A stretch of DNA of 64,000 bases from assembly GCA_036337435.1 (NCBI GenBank), contig JAYZEG010000030.1, forward strand, positions 25,160 to 89,159. Reading direction: 5' to 3'. The notes under the pieces were generated by a model. It worked only from the letters and a program-made list of their open reading frames with translations. It had not been told where the DNA came from and made no database searches. Positions 27,427-36,342 of the stretch are shown here, piece by piece. The first letter of the stretch is position 1. Each line of letters opens with the position of its first letter. The position numbers were made by a program, and so were the translations under genes. The stretch comes from Myxococcota bacterium (GTDB taxonomy: Bacteria > Myxococcota_A > Bradymonadia > UBA7976 > UBA1532).

Positions 27427-29213
27427 CCACTTGGCTACCACACCCCCTCTACCAAGCCGCCCAAGCGCATCCAAATCGCATTGCGATTCGCGAAGGGATA
27501 GCCGCACTCACATATGGACAACTCCTGTCCCGAGTGGCCGCGCGCGGCGATGTCCTGCGAGCGAGTGGTGTTGACGGCGGGGCCGTGGTTGGTTTGAGAG
27601 GCCAACAAAACCTGGATTGGTTGATTAACTTTCACGCCATAGGATGGTGCAATGCCGCGGTTTTTCCGATAGGCGAGGACCTGCATTTGACCGATGGGGA
27701 GTTACGCGAACTCAATGTCACTCAGGTGATCGAGAGTCGGAAACAGGCAACAACCGACAATGTTGAGGGGACATCTGAGCCAGTCTTCGCGCCGCGGTGG
27801 CATCTAGATGAACTCAGGCTGCTGATCGCAACGACTGGAAGCACAGGGCGTCCAAAAGTTATACCGCTCACGACTGGACAGCTCTTTTTCAGTGCGATGG
27901 GATCAGCCATTCGCCTTGGGCATCAACTCGACGATAACTGGCTGATGTGTCTACCGGCCCACCATATCGGTGGAGCGTCGATTCTGCTGAGAGCAGCCTG
28001 GTACGGGATCAGCGCGGAGATTTGTCTCCCATTCGAAGTACACCGGGTCGCCGAGCGTCTCCGCTCGGGCGAGGTAACAATGGTGTCATTGGTGCCCACC
28101 ATGCTGAGTCGCTTGGTACGACTTCATGACGGGACAAGCCTCCCGTCCAGACTTCGTTGCGTGCTCGTCGGCGGGGCCCATTGTTCGACCTCATTGCAGG
28201 ACGCAGCGCTCAAAGCCGGTCTCCCTGTGCTTTTGACTTGGGGTATGACTGAATGCGCCTCGCAGGCAGCAACACAGTCACCCGGCCAAAATCCAGTCAC
28301 TCACGATTGTGGGTCTCCGATGCCATTCACAGTTGTCTCGACCGAAGATAAGCGACTTAGGATTGACGGACCGACCTGTCCCGGCGGCCTACTAACCCGC
28401 GACCTTGGAGACATCGAGAACGGCCGAGTTCGTGTGGATGGCAGATGCGATACAGTTTTGATTAGTGGAGGAAAAAAAATCCAACCACAATCAGTTGAGT
28501 GCATCTTCCAACAGCACGAAAGCATCAATTCCTGTGTGATTATCGGACTGAACGATGAGCAGTGGGGCCAAACCGTCTGCCTGTGCGTAGAACTCAACGC
28601 AGACTACGATTTCTCGACCGAGCTGGAACACCTGGTGCGACTGGGACGCTCGAAACTGAAAAAGCATGAGATTCCGAAAGTGTGGGTTCAGGTACCCAAA
28701 ATGCCGACCAATTCGGTTGGCAAAGTGGATCGAACTCAGCTTCGAGCCAACTTAGGGCTTGACCATGCCGATCCCGACGAGCTGGTCGATGAACTGAGGT
28801 GGACATTCAGTCGGCTTGAAAGCTGGGAAGGCAACGAAAGCGTGTTTCTGGCGGACGACACAACGCACTTTTCCGTCAAGAAGTCCGGAAATGGAACACT
28901 TGAATGTAATGGATCTTTGAGTCAGGCGCTCAATCTCCATGGTGGCAACCAAACGCTCGCCTCTGCGCATGGGTTGGTTAAACGCCGAATCGGCAAAGAC
29001 GAGGGGCAAACCAACTCCAGCGGAGTCGAAAACATGGTCGAAGTCGCCAAAGGCAGCAGTGAGCATTTCTTCGAAACACACGTGGGCATACTCGAAGGCG
29101 CGACCATAGAAAACGATCCCGGCGCGGTCGACCTCGTGGAATCGGGGCGTGAATTCGTGTTTGAAGGACATAAGCAAATACCCAACGGTCATGAGGCTGA
29201 TCAGAATGACTAA
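27423..29213 (+). CDS. menE: o-Succinylbenzoate-CoA ligase (AMP-binding), ORF extended ~150 codons past the normal C-terminus
   Basis: Motifs: TTGSTGRPKVIPL, WGMTE, the C-terminal subdomain, and PKMPTNSVGKVDRTQL near codon 440. There is no in-frame stop until 29211-29213. ATGA overlap with menC. Confidence 0.8.
   Translation: MTTWLPHPLYQAAQAHPNRIAIREGIAALTYGQLLSRVAARGDVLRASGVDGGAVVGLRGQQNLDWLINFHAIGWCNAAVFPIGEDLHLTDGELRELNVTQVIESRKQATTDNVEGTSEPVFAPRWHLDELRLLIATTGSTGRPKVIPLTTGQLFFSAMGSAIRLGHQLDDNWLMCLPAHHIGGASILLRAAWYGISAEICLPFEVHRVAERLRSGEVTMVSLVPTMLSRLVRLHDGTSLPSRLRCVLVGGAHCSTSLQDAALKAGLPVLLTWGMTECASQAATQSPGQNPVTHDCGSPMPFTVVSTEDKRLRIDGPTCPGGLLTRDLGDIENGRVRVDGRCDTVLISGGKKIQPQSVECIFQQHESINSCVIIGLNDEQWGQTVCLCVELNADYDFSTELEHLVRLGRSKLKKHEIPKVWVQVPKMPTNSVGKVDRTQLRANLGLDHADPDELVDELRWTFSRLESWEGNESVFLADDTTHFSVKKSGNGTLECNGSLSQALNLHGGNQTLASAHGLVKRRIGKDEGQTNSSGVENMVEVAKGSSEHFFETHVGILEGATIENDPGAVDLVESGREFVFEGHKQIPNGHEADQND
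28752..29171 (-). CDS. 4HBT/YbgC-type hotdog acyl-CoA thioesterase (candidate DHNA-CoA thioesterase), nested antisense in the menE ORF
   Basis: MSFKHEFTPRFHEVDRAGIVFYGRAFEYAHVCFEEMLTAAFG...VFADSAFNQPMRRGERL...FKCSI shows the hotdog 4HBT pattern. Codons are strongly GC3/TTC-GAC biased, like neighbouring genes. Confidence 0.6.
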   Translation of the reverse strand: MSFKHEFTPRFHEVDRAGIVFYGRAFEYAHVCFEEMLTAAFGDFDHVFDSAGVGLPLVFADSAFNQPMRRGERLVATMEIERLTQRSITFKCSISGLLDGKVRCVVRQKHAFVAFPAFKPTECPPQFIDQLVGIGMVKP

Positions 29214-30297
29214 GCAAAGTACATTTCGGGTGAAGTTGGCTGAACAACCAGCCAAAACAGATCCGGTGCTTACGACACTGGCATCAACAACACAACGAAA
29301 TCAAGCCGATGAGGTGTCCAAGCGACTCATCGAACTGAGGGATTGGCTGGCCGATGACCTCTACGAACTTGAGAAAGATATGGGGACCGTGGTGGCAGAC
29401 CCCGGCAAAGATCTTGCTTGGAAGGCGGTGCAGTATCTACTGCACAAGGCAGGAAAGCGAGTTCGCCCTATCTGCACCCTGTTGGCAGCACGGATGGGTG
29501 ATAGACCGTTCGATGAGGATGTCAAACAGGTGGCCATCGCCGCCGAGTTAGTACACTCTGCAACGCTCCTGCATGACGATGTTATTGACCAAGGCGAAGA
29601 GCGTCGCGGCCATCCGACGGCCCGGATGGTTTATGGCAATTCAGCGAGCGTCTTGGGTGGTGACCATTTACTGGTAGACGCATTGAGACGTGTAAATACA
29701 GCCGACTCAAGGTTGGTCTCGTCGCTGCTCGATGTGATCTCGCAGATGGTCCATGCAGAAGCACTTCAATTGGATATGAGAAACTGTTTCAAGCCGGATC
29801 GGGAGTTGTATCAAGAAGTCGTTCATGGCAAGACTGCGGCTCTGTTCCAATGGGCTTTGGAAGCCGGTGCTCTTTTGGGTCATTTAAACGAGCAACAAAT
29901 CAGCTTGTTGAGCGACGTTGGAGTCAATCTTGGGATGACATTTCAGTTGGTAGACGACAAGCTCGACTTGTGCGGAGATCCAACAGAGACCGGCAAAGAT
30001 ACCTGTCTCGATTTGAGAGAAGGAAAGTTGACCTGGCCAATGATTCTCGCAGCGGAACGATCGCCACAATTACTGCTTCAATTGAGGCAATATGCCAGCG
30101 CGACGACAGACCCTTCGCGAGCGGATGCAAAACGTCTCGTGGAGGCGATTGCCGCGACCGGTGCCATCGAGGCGACCCATGCGCGTGCCGCAGCCTTTGC
30201 CGACAAAGCACTAGACTCACTGAGGAAACTGCCTGACGGTCCATCTCGCTCTGCGCTAAAGGCTGTGATTCATACAGCCCTTGAACGGTCGAGGTAA
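29191..30297 (+). CDS. Polyprenyl diphosphate synthase (hepta/octaprenyl type)
   Basis: Two Asp-rich motifs, LLHDDVIDQGEERRG and FQLVDDKLD. Start is uncertain (29191 or 29206). Confidence 0.85.
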   Translation: MRLIRMTKQSTFRVKLAEQPAKTDPVLTTLASTTQRNQADEVSKRLIELRDWLADDLYELEKDMGTVVADPGKDLAWKAVQYLLHKAGKRVRPICTLLAARMGDRPFDEDVKQVAIAAELVHSATLLHDDVIDQGEERRGHPTARMVYGNSASVLGGDHLLVDALRRVNTADSRLVSSLLDVISQMVHAEALQLDMRNCFKPDRELYQEVVHGKTAALFQWALEAGALLGHLNEQQISLLSDVGVNLGMTFQLVDDKLDLCGDPTETGKDTCLDLREGKLTWPMILAAERSPQLLLQLRQYASATTDPSRADAKRLVEAIAATGAIEATHARAAAFADKALDSLRKLPDGPSRSALKAVIHTALERSR

Positions 30298-30302
30298 AGC
30301 CC

Positions 30303-31289
30303 ATGCTGATCAACTTAAAACCGACAGCCGATACGAATTCGGTAAAGCAAACGCTGACGGGCTTTGGTCTTTGGCTCGAGACACTTCTCGACCAAGACGG
30401 TGCCGCCACTGGCTTCATCGTGAAGGGCTATTCAACCCCTGTCGACCCACAAAAAATCGCATCTTTGGATGGGGTCAGCGGGGTCTTCAAAACCGAAAGT
30501 AGTCACCCAAAGGTCGATGCGAGGTGCCACCAGGTGATCGACTTGGGTGAGCTTCAATTTAGAACGACGACACCGACACTGATCGCAGGGCCATGCAGCG
30601 TAGACTCAGAAGAACGAATTGAAAGCATCGCAAGCCAGGTTGCACAAGCAGGCGGAAAAGTGTTGAGGGGTGGGGCTTACAAACCACGAACATCTCCTTA
30701 TTCCTTTGCTGGATTTGGCAAACCCGCGTTGCAATGGATGAGGCGCGCCGCCGATCGACACGGACTGCGTATCGTGACCGAAGTCATGTCGGAACACGAT
30801 GTGAATACCGTTGCCGACATGACTGATATTGTTCAGGTTGGATCGCGCAACATGCAAAACTTTGCGCTGTTGAGACAGGTAGGCGAAGCGAGAAAATGCG
30901 TCCTCTTGAAACGGGGTCGTTCGGCAACGGTCTCAGAATGGTTGATGGCTGCCGAGTACCTGTATGCCAGTGGTGCCGACAGTGTCCTTTTTTGTGAACG
31001 GGGCATTCGTGGATTCGATGGCGAAACGAGAAACCTCATCGACTTAGGTGCTGTCGCTCTCCTGAGCCATCACTATGGGCTTCCAGTTATCGTCGATCCA
31101 TCTCATGCGGCAGGGCGACGGGATCTGATTGTTCCATTGTCGAAGGCGTCGATCGCGGCTGGTGCTGTTGGCGTCATGGTCGAGGTTCATCCAGCACCCA
31201 GCACCGCCCTATCCGATGGGCCTCAAGCGTTGAGCTACGAAACCTTGAGACAACTCTCAAAATCTCTGGAACTGGAGTGCATTCAATGA
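30303..31289 (+). CDS. 3-deoxy-7-phosphoheptulonate (DAHP) synthase, type I-beta with an N-terminal regulatory domain of about 75 aa
   Basis: Motifs: LIAGPCSVDSEE, LRGGAYKPRTSPYSFAGFG, VGSRNMQNF, KRG, DPSHA. Confidence 0.85.
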   Translation: MLINLKPTADTNSVKQTLTGFGLWLETLLDQDGAATGFIVKGYSTPVDPQKIASLDGVSGVFKTESSHPKVDARCHQVIDLGELQFRTTTPTLIAGPCSVDSEERIESIASQVAQAGGKVLRGGAYKPRTSPYSFAGFGKPALQWMRRAADRHGLRIVTEVMSEHDVNTVADMTDIVQVGSRNMQNFALLRQVGEARKCVLLKRGRSATVSEWLMAAEYLYASGADSVLFCERGIRGFDGETRNLIDLGAVALLSHHYGLPVIVDPSHAAGRRDLIVPLSKASIAAGAVGVMVEVHPAPSTALSDGPQALSYETLRQLSKSLELECIQ

Positions 31290-31990
31290 CAACACAAATG
31301 GCGCGAGCTGATGGAAGCGGAGCGATGTTTGATCAGATCGCGAAGCGGTATGACTTGCTCAATCGGCTGATGAGTTTCGGGATGGACCGTGGCTGGAGAA
31401 AGCAGCTGATTGAATCGATGCCAAACGATGGCGAGTTGCTCGATGTCGCCACAGGAACCGCCGATGTTGGCCTCGCGCTGGCGAGGGTGCATCCACAAAC
31501 TCAGGTGATCGGACTCGACCCAAGCCAAGGTATGCTCGACGTCGGGCATTCCAAGATCAAAGCACGTAAGTTGGATGATAGAGTGACATTGGTGCTCGGC
31601 GATGCCCAAAGTATGGACTTTGAGTCGAATCGATTCAACGGGTGCACCATCGCCTTTGGAATTCGCAACGTACCCGACCGTTTAAAGGGGCTACAGGAGA
31701 TGGCTCGGGTCGTCAAACCCGGTGGCGTCGTCTCCATCCTTGAGCTCTCTGAGCCGAAAGGTGGCCTAATGGCGTTCTTAGCGCGCCTTCATGTACATCA
31801 TATCGTTCCGATAATGGGCTGGATTCTGTCGGGCAAGAAAGAATACCGCTACTTACAAAAATCGATTGCGGCGTTTCCGCCTGCAGATGAGTTTGCGAAG
31901 ATGATGACCGCGTCAGGCCTGACCGATGTAAAAGTGATTCGGCTGACCTTTGGGGTGGCACATTTATACATCGGTCGAGTGGCGGGCTGA
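31286..31990 (+). CDS. menG: Demethylmenaquinone methyltransferase (UbiE/MenG)
   Basis: Motifs: MFDQIAKRYDLLNRLMSFGMDRGWRK, LDVATGTAD, FGIRNV. The ATG at 31286 overlaps the DAHP synthase stop (ATGA). Confidence 0.9.
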   Translation: MTTQMARADGSGAMFDQIAKRYDLLNRLMSFGMDRGWRKQLIESMPNDGELLDVATGTADVGLALARVHPQTQVIGLDPSQGMLDVGHSKIKARKLDDRVTLVLGDAQSMDFESNRFNGCTIAFGIRNVPDRLKGLQEMARVVKPGGVVSILELSEPKGGLMAFLARLHVHHIVPIMGWILSGKKEYRYLQKSIAAFPPADEFAKMMTASGLTDVKVIRLTFGVAHLYIGRVAG

Positions 31991-32010
31991 CCCCACACTG
32001 CACCCAATGC

Positions 32011-34032
32011 GTGCGCTTTAATCGGACCAGCACAGTGACGCTACATCGAAACTATACGATTGCGGCTTTTGTCGTTGGCCTCGGTTCACTTCTTTCATGG
32101 TCTATACAGCCCCTGGCGGCCAGAGCTCTCCTTCCAATTTTTGGCGGTTCAAATGCGGTTTGGACCAGCAGCCTTATCTTTTTTCAATTGGCCTTACTCA
32201 TAGGGTATCTCTTGAGCCACTGGGTTGCGAGCCGTTCAAAATCAGCCTTCATCTGTTATCTGGTGCTTATGGCAACAGCCACTGTGCAGCTGCCTGTTGA
32301 TTTTTTTGACGTATCAGTCGGCAACCACCCTGTTGGAGATGTGTGGCTTTCCCTCTGTGTCTGCATCGGTCTGCCAAGCTTAATTCTTTACGCGTGCTCA
32401 CCCTTGGTTCAATGGGTTCTCGGCGACTCAAAGGGTCAGACAACATTTACTCTATTTGCTTGGTCAAACGGTGGGTCACTTCTTGGTCTGCTGAGCTACC
32501 CATTTTTGATAGAACCGAATCTGACCGTTTCGACTCAGTTCGTCTTGTGGAGCGTCCTTTTCGGGATATTCTGTCTCGCATTGGCAACGATTGTCATTTC
32601 ACATCGTCTCTCGGGTAATGAATCAAAAACTGAACGGCATCAACTCAAAATTCGCTGGCTGTGGTTCTGTCCGTCCGCGCTGGGAGTCGCACTTTTAGTC
32701 AGTATCAGTGAAGCCATCAGCGTTGATCTTACGGTCACACCAATCCTCTGGATCCTACCCCTGGCTGTGTATTTGGTAACCTTTATAGTCACCTTCGGCT
32801 TTCCTCGCTTGTGGATGGGTCAGAGAGTCTGGTTTCTCGGCGTATTGGTCCTTACCCTATTTATTTATCTCCGACTTGAATCCTGGTCTGTGCACTGGTC
32901 GATGCAACTGGCAGGTTGGTGCACTATATTGGGCGTGGGTTGTTTGTGCTTACACGCGGAACTGGTGAAACGCCAGCCTGCAACCCAGCAACTGACCAAT
33001 TACTATGTATCCATTGCAGCGGGGGGGGTCATCGGCGGCCTCATAGTCGGCTCTATCTTACCGGCGTTCATCAATCTCCGTCTTGAAGTCGACTTCACGA
33101 TTATGGCAACGGTGGGCTATCTTTGGCATGCGTCCAGAAAACGATCAGAAGGCCAAATGTCTTTCGCCAGCCTATATCCAAGCACGGTCATCGGGCTGAC
33201 GTCGCTGGTCTGTTTGGGGTCAGTTCTCACCTATCGAGTCTTAAAAGAACTCAGTGGAGAGACACACGTCTATAGAAACGCGTATGGCACGCTCAAAATA
33301 AAAAGGTATCCAGTGCCCCGCAAGAAGGGTGGATTGATTCATCTTCTCGATGGAAGAATCAGTCATGGCTTTCAATATTTAGGGGATACACATCGTCGAG
33401 AACCGACAGCTTACTTTACCGAGGAGTCAGGGATCGGTCGAATCCTTAATCAGCGGACAAAAGCTCGAAAAGTTGGGGTTTTAGGCCTGGGTGTTGGCAC
33501 CTTATCAGCCTATTCTCGTCCTGGCGACAGCTATACTTTCTTTGAACTCAATCCGCTCGTTGTCGACATTGCGAAAACCCATTTCAGCTATTTGAAGGAG
33601 GCGAGGGGTATCGTGAAAATCGTCGTCGGCGACGGACGAAAAAGTCTCGAAAGAATGTCCAAAGGGGCGTTTGATCTCCTGATTATTGATGCGTTTACCG
33701 GCGATGCAATTCCCGCTCATCTGCTGACCGAGGAAGCATTTTCAATTTATGCGCACCGACTGCGTAGCGACGGCCTGCTTGCCATCAACGTGTCAAACCG
33801 TCATGCAAACTTGAGACGAGTTGTAGAAAGCCACTGCCATAAGCACAACTTGCCCTTCTCTTGGATTCGACATCGAGCACGTTCACCCTTAGGGGTTTAT
33901 GTCAGCGAATGGGCTTTTGTGGCCAAAGACCTCAATGGCCTCCAACAACACAAATTGCCCGCTCTCGAAACGACTGAATCGAACGTGACCTGGCGAGATG
34001 ATTTCGCCCCCGTACTTCCAATTTTGAAGTGA
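32011..34032 (+). CDS. Fused polytopic membrane domain / spermidine-synthase-like methyltransferase-fold protein
   Basis: The N-terminal ~400 aa has many TM segments. The C-terminal part shows VLGLGVGTLS, FELNPLVVDIAK, VGDGRKSL, DLLIIDAF (aminopropyltransferase-like). Alternative (GTG) start. Confidence 0.75.
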   Translation: MRFNRTSTVTLHRNYTIAAFVVGLGSLLSWSIQPLAARALLPIFGGSNAVWTSSLIFFQLALLIGYLLSHWVASRSKSAFICYLVLMATATVQLPVDFFDVSVGNHPVGDVWLSLCVCIGLPSLILYACSPLVQWVLGDSKGQTTFTLFAWSNGGSLLGLLSYPFLIEPNLTVSTQFVLWSVLFGIFCLALATIVISHRLSGNESKTERHQLKIRWLWFCPSALGVALLVSISEAISVDLTVTPILWILPLAVYLVTFIVTFGFPRLWMGQRVWFLGVLVLTLFIYLRLESWSVHWSMQLAGWCTILGVGCLCLHAELVKRQPATQQLTNYYVSIAAGGVIGGLIVGSILPAFINLRLEVDFTIMATVGYLWHASRKRSEGQMSFASLYPSTVIGLTSLVCLGSVLTYRVLKELSGETHVYRNAYGTLKIKRYPVPRKKGGLIHLLDGRISHGFQYLGDTHRREPTAYFTEESGIGRILNQRTKARKVGVLGLGVGTLSAYSRPGDSYTFFELNPLVVDIAKTHFSYLKEARGIVKIVVGDGRKSLERMSKGAFDLLIIDAFTGDAIPAHLLTEEAFSIYAHRLRSDGLLAINVSNRHANLRRVVESHCHKHNLPFSWIRHRARSPLGVYVSEWAFVAKDLNGLQQHKLPALETTESNVTWRDDFAPVLPILK

Positions 34033-34061
34033 GACTTGAAGGATGGAGCCCACAAAAAAGT

Positions 34062-34096
34062 AAACCGCCAAGGTGGACCGGCCACCTTGGCGGTTT
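34062..34096. terminator. Strong bidirectional intrinsic terminator
   Basis: Perfect 15-bp arms AAACCGCCAAGGTGG / CCACCTTGGCGGTTT around ACCGG, between convergent genes, with an A-rich 5' flank and a T-rich 3' flank. Confidence 0.8.
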
Positions 34097-34207
34097 GTAA
34101 GGGCTGACACCGATTTCTTTGGCCTTTGAAATCGATGTCAAATTTGGCAACACTGACGACCCAAGGGCCGGATTTCAGATCATCATGCTGCCTTTTAAGG
34201 AAGCTGT

Positions 34208-35653
34208 TTAACCTCCGATAAGTGACAGTGCAATGTTCGGTTGCTGGTTGGCCTGCGACAAGACGGAAACGCCTGCCTGCTGGACAATCTTCAACTTCGA
34301 GAACTCTGCTGACTCTTTAGCAAAATCCGCATCTTGGATTCTGCTTCGAGATGCCGTCAGGTTCTCCGTGCTCACCTCAAGGTTACGCACAGTCGAAGCC
34401 AACCTATTTTGTACCGCACCCAATGAAGCGCGACTTGCAGAGACTTGACCAATTGCTTTGTCAAGAATGGAGAGGGCCCGGTTGGCACCTTCTCTATCCG
34501 TGACATCCAGCGTCTGCACCGTATTGGCATCGTTCACACCGAAGAGAGTCGCTCCTGCACCACCGACGTCACCAAGCTTTGTTATAGCGGCGCCGCCGAG
34601 GTCGAATTGTTGCTCAGACTCCAATGTGAGCCGACCACCAGTCACTGTGGTTCCAGCCCCAGCAGTAATGCCCAATCGAGTGGCATTACCCAAGACCGTG
34701 ATTTCGACATTTCTGCCGTCATCAGCAGTCAGGACAAGACGGTGATTGTCATCCAGAGACGCAACAACGCCCGTTTCGTCAGTGATCGAGTTAATCTGGT
34801 TGACCAGTTTGTCATTGGCATCATTGTCTTCAACCCGAAACCCGGTGAGCGTTACACCGTTAATGGTCACGTTATTGGTCGAATCCAAGGTTACCGCCTG
34901 GATATCACCAGTTGACTCAACAATCGTCGAATCGACCAAGGCTGTAACACCGGTAAATTCGCTAGAATCATTGATTGCTGCTGCTTTAGCAATCGCCGAC
35001 GAGTCGTTCAATGTTGTCGAAAGCGAATCATCTGCGGCAACAGTAGACCGGATCGTGACACCACGAATGGTGACGTCTCCATCACTGAGATTCTGTCCAG
35101 CAGCCACCGCAATGTCAGCCGAACTAGAATATCGAGCCTGTCGCCCAAGACTATTTGCTCTCGCATCCTTTACACTGATGGTTAGATTTTCATGGGCGTT
35201 CGCTCCGATGTGGAACTTCGCACCCGTGAATGAACCATCAAGGATGTTCTGGTTGTTAAATGTCGTCCTCTCTGCGATTCGGTTCAGTTCGGAGATCAAC
35301 GCATCAACCTCTTCCTGAATCGAACCTCTGTCAGCTTCTGTATTTGTATCATTCGCCGATTGAACGGACAGCTCTCTCATCCGCTGCAAGATCGAAGTTG
35401 TCTCTTGCAAAGCCCCTTCAGCGGTCTGAGCCAACGACATACCGTCATTGGTATTGCGAATCGCTTGAGTAAGACCACGTACTTGCGTAGTCATTCTCTC
35501 ACTAATCGCCAGACCAGCTGCATCGTCCTTGGCACTGTTAATACGCATGCCGCTAGACAGGCGTTGAAACGATGTACCAAGAGACCGAGTGGACCGGTTT
35601 AAGTTACGCATAGCGTTCTGTGACGAAGAATTCGAATTAACGAAAAGACCCAT
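34208..35653 (-). CDS. fliC: Flagellin (481 aa) with a long central region carrying Flagellin_IN-type motifs
   Basis: Canonical N-terminus: SQNAMRNLNRSTRSLGTSFQRLSSGMRINSAKDDAAGLAISERM. Canonical C-terminus: RSRIQDADFAKESAEFSKLKIVQQAGVSVLSQANQQPNIALSLI. Confidence 0.9.
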   Translation of the reverse strand: MGLFVNSNSSSQNAMRNLNRSTRSLGTSFQRLSSGMRINSAKDDAAGLAISERMTTQVRGLTQAIRNTNDGMSLAQTAEGALQETTSILQRMRELSVQSANDTNTEADRGSIQEEVDALISELNRIAERTTFNNQNILDGSFTGAKFHIGANAHENLTISVKDARANSLGRQARYSSSADIAVAAGQNLSDGDVTIRGVTIRSTVAADDSLSTTLNDSSAIAKAAAINDSSEFTGVTALVDSTIVESTGDIQAVTLDSTNNVTINGVTLTGFRVEDNDANDKLVNQINSITDETGVVASLDDNHRLVLTADDGRNVEITVLGNATRLGITAGAGTTVTGGRLTLESEQQFDLGGAAITKLGDVGGAGATLFGVNDANTVQTLDVTDREGANRALSILDKAIGQVSASRASLGAVQNRLASTVRNLEVSTENLTASRSRIQDADFAKESAEFSKLKIVQQAGVSVLSQANQQPNIALSLIGG

Positions 35654-36342
35654 AATATTCGCTCCATGAATCTAAAGGCGAGTTAGCGACCTTGCCGACT
35701 CCAAACAGGGACCCTCTTCCCTGCTCAATCTCTGTGCGCAGACCCATCTGTGCGCTCATTTAGAGATGCCATGTTGTTTGGGTTGTGAAGGATGGCCAAA
35801 CCGTCCTCCACGAGTTTTAAATTTCGTTTGTTTTTTTGAGCAGCGCAGACGGATCTCAAAAGACCAGTACCCCTACCGTCTAATGAATGTCTGCTAGGCA
35901 ACCTCCTTTCATTTGGCGAGAACGTGCCCCTGCTCGCGTGTCCGTCGATAAAACCCAGTCAACAACCCACGATTGCGGGCTCCGGCCCGAATTGTGGCGC
36001 ATGGTCGTGGAGTTAGGCTTGTCTAATAGTTTCATCGAGCCACGTTCGTTATTAAGTTTATCCACTTACGACATCGTAATTTTCCATAAAACCTTAAGAT
36101 ATTTATTTTGATACAAGCATCACGATTAACAAAAATAACCCATTAAAATCATATATTTACAGTATTCGTAAACGGATTATCATTGCGTATTTTTCAAAAA
36201 TTAGCCGGATATCATGTTCCATAAGGTCGAATGAGAAGCAGGTCTCATGGAGTTATTTTTCCAAAGACCTCAGCAGAATTTTTTGGAGGGTTGCCATAGG
36301 CCTACTCAACAGACAACGGGGGTCGGATCGGCTCAAGCCTGC

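Noticed and set aside
34233-35602. Plus-strand ORFs (up to 190 aa) inside the flagellin gene
   Set aside because: These are antisense frames of a gene with unmistakable flagellin termini, and their composition is Ser/Thr/Val-rich low complexity.
36071-36096. Possible sigma-28 promoter on the minus strand (TAAG-N16-CGATGT), about 420-440 nt upstream of fliC
   Set aside because: It is a poor match to TAAA-N15-GCCGATAA (the -10 lacks GC..AA and the spacing is off by one) and is very far from the start codon. It is not supportable without the species-specific consensus.
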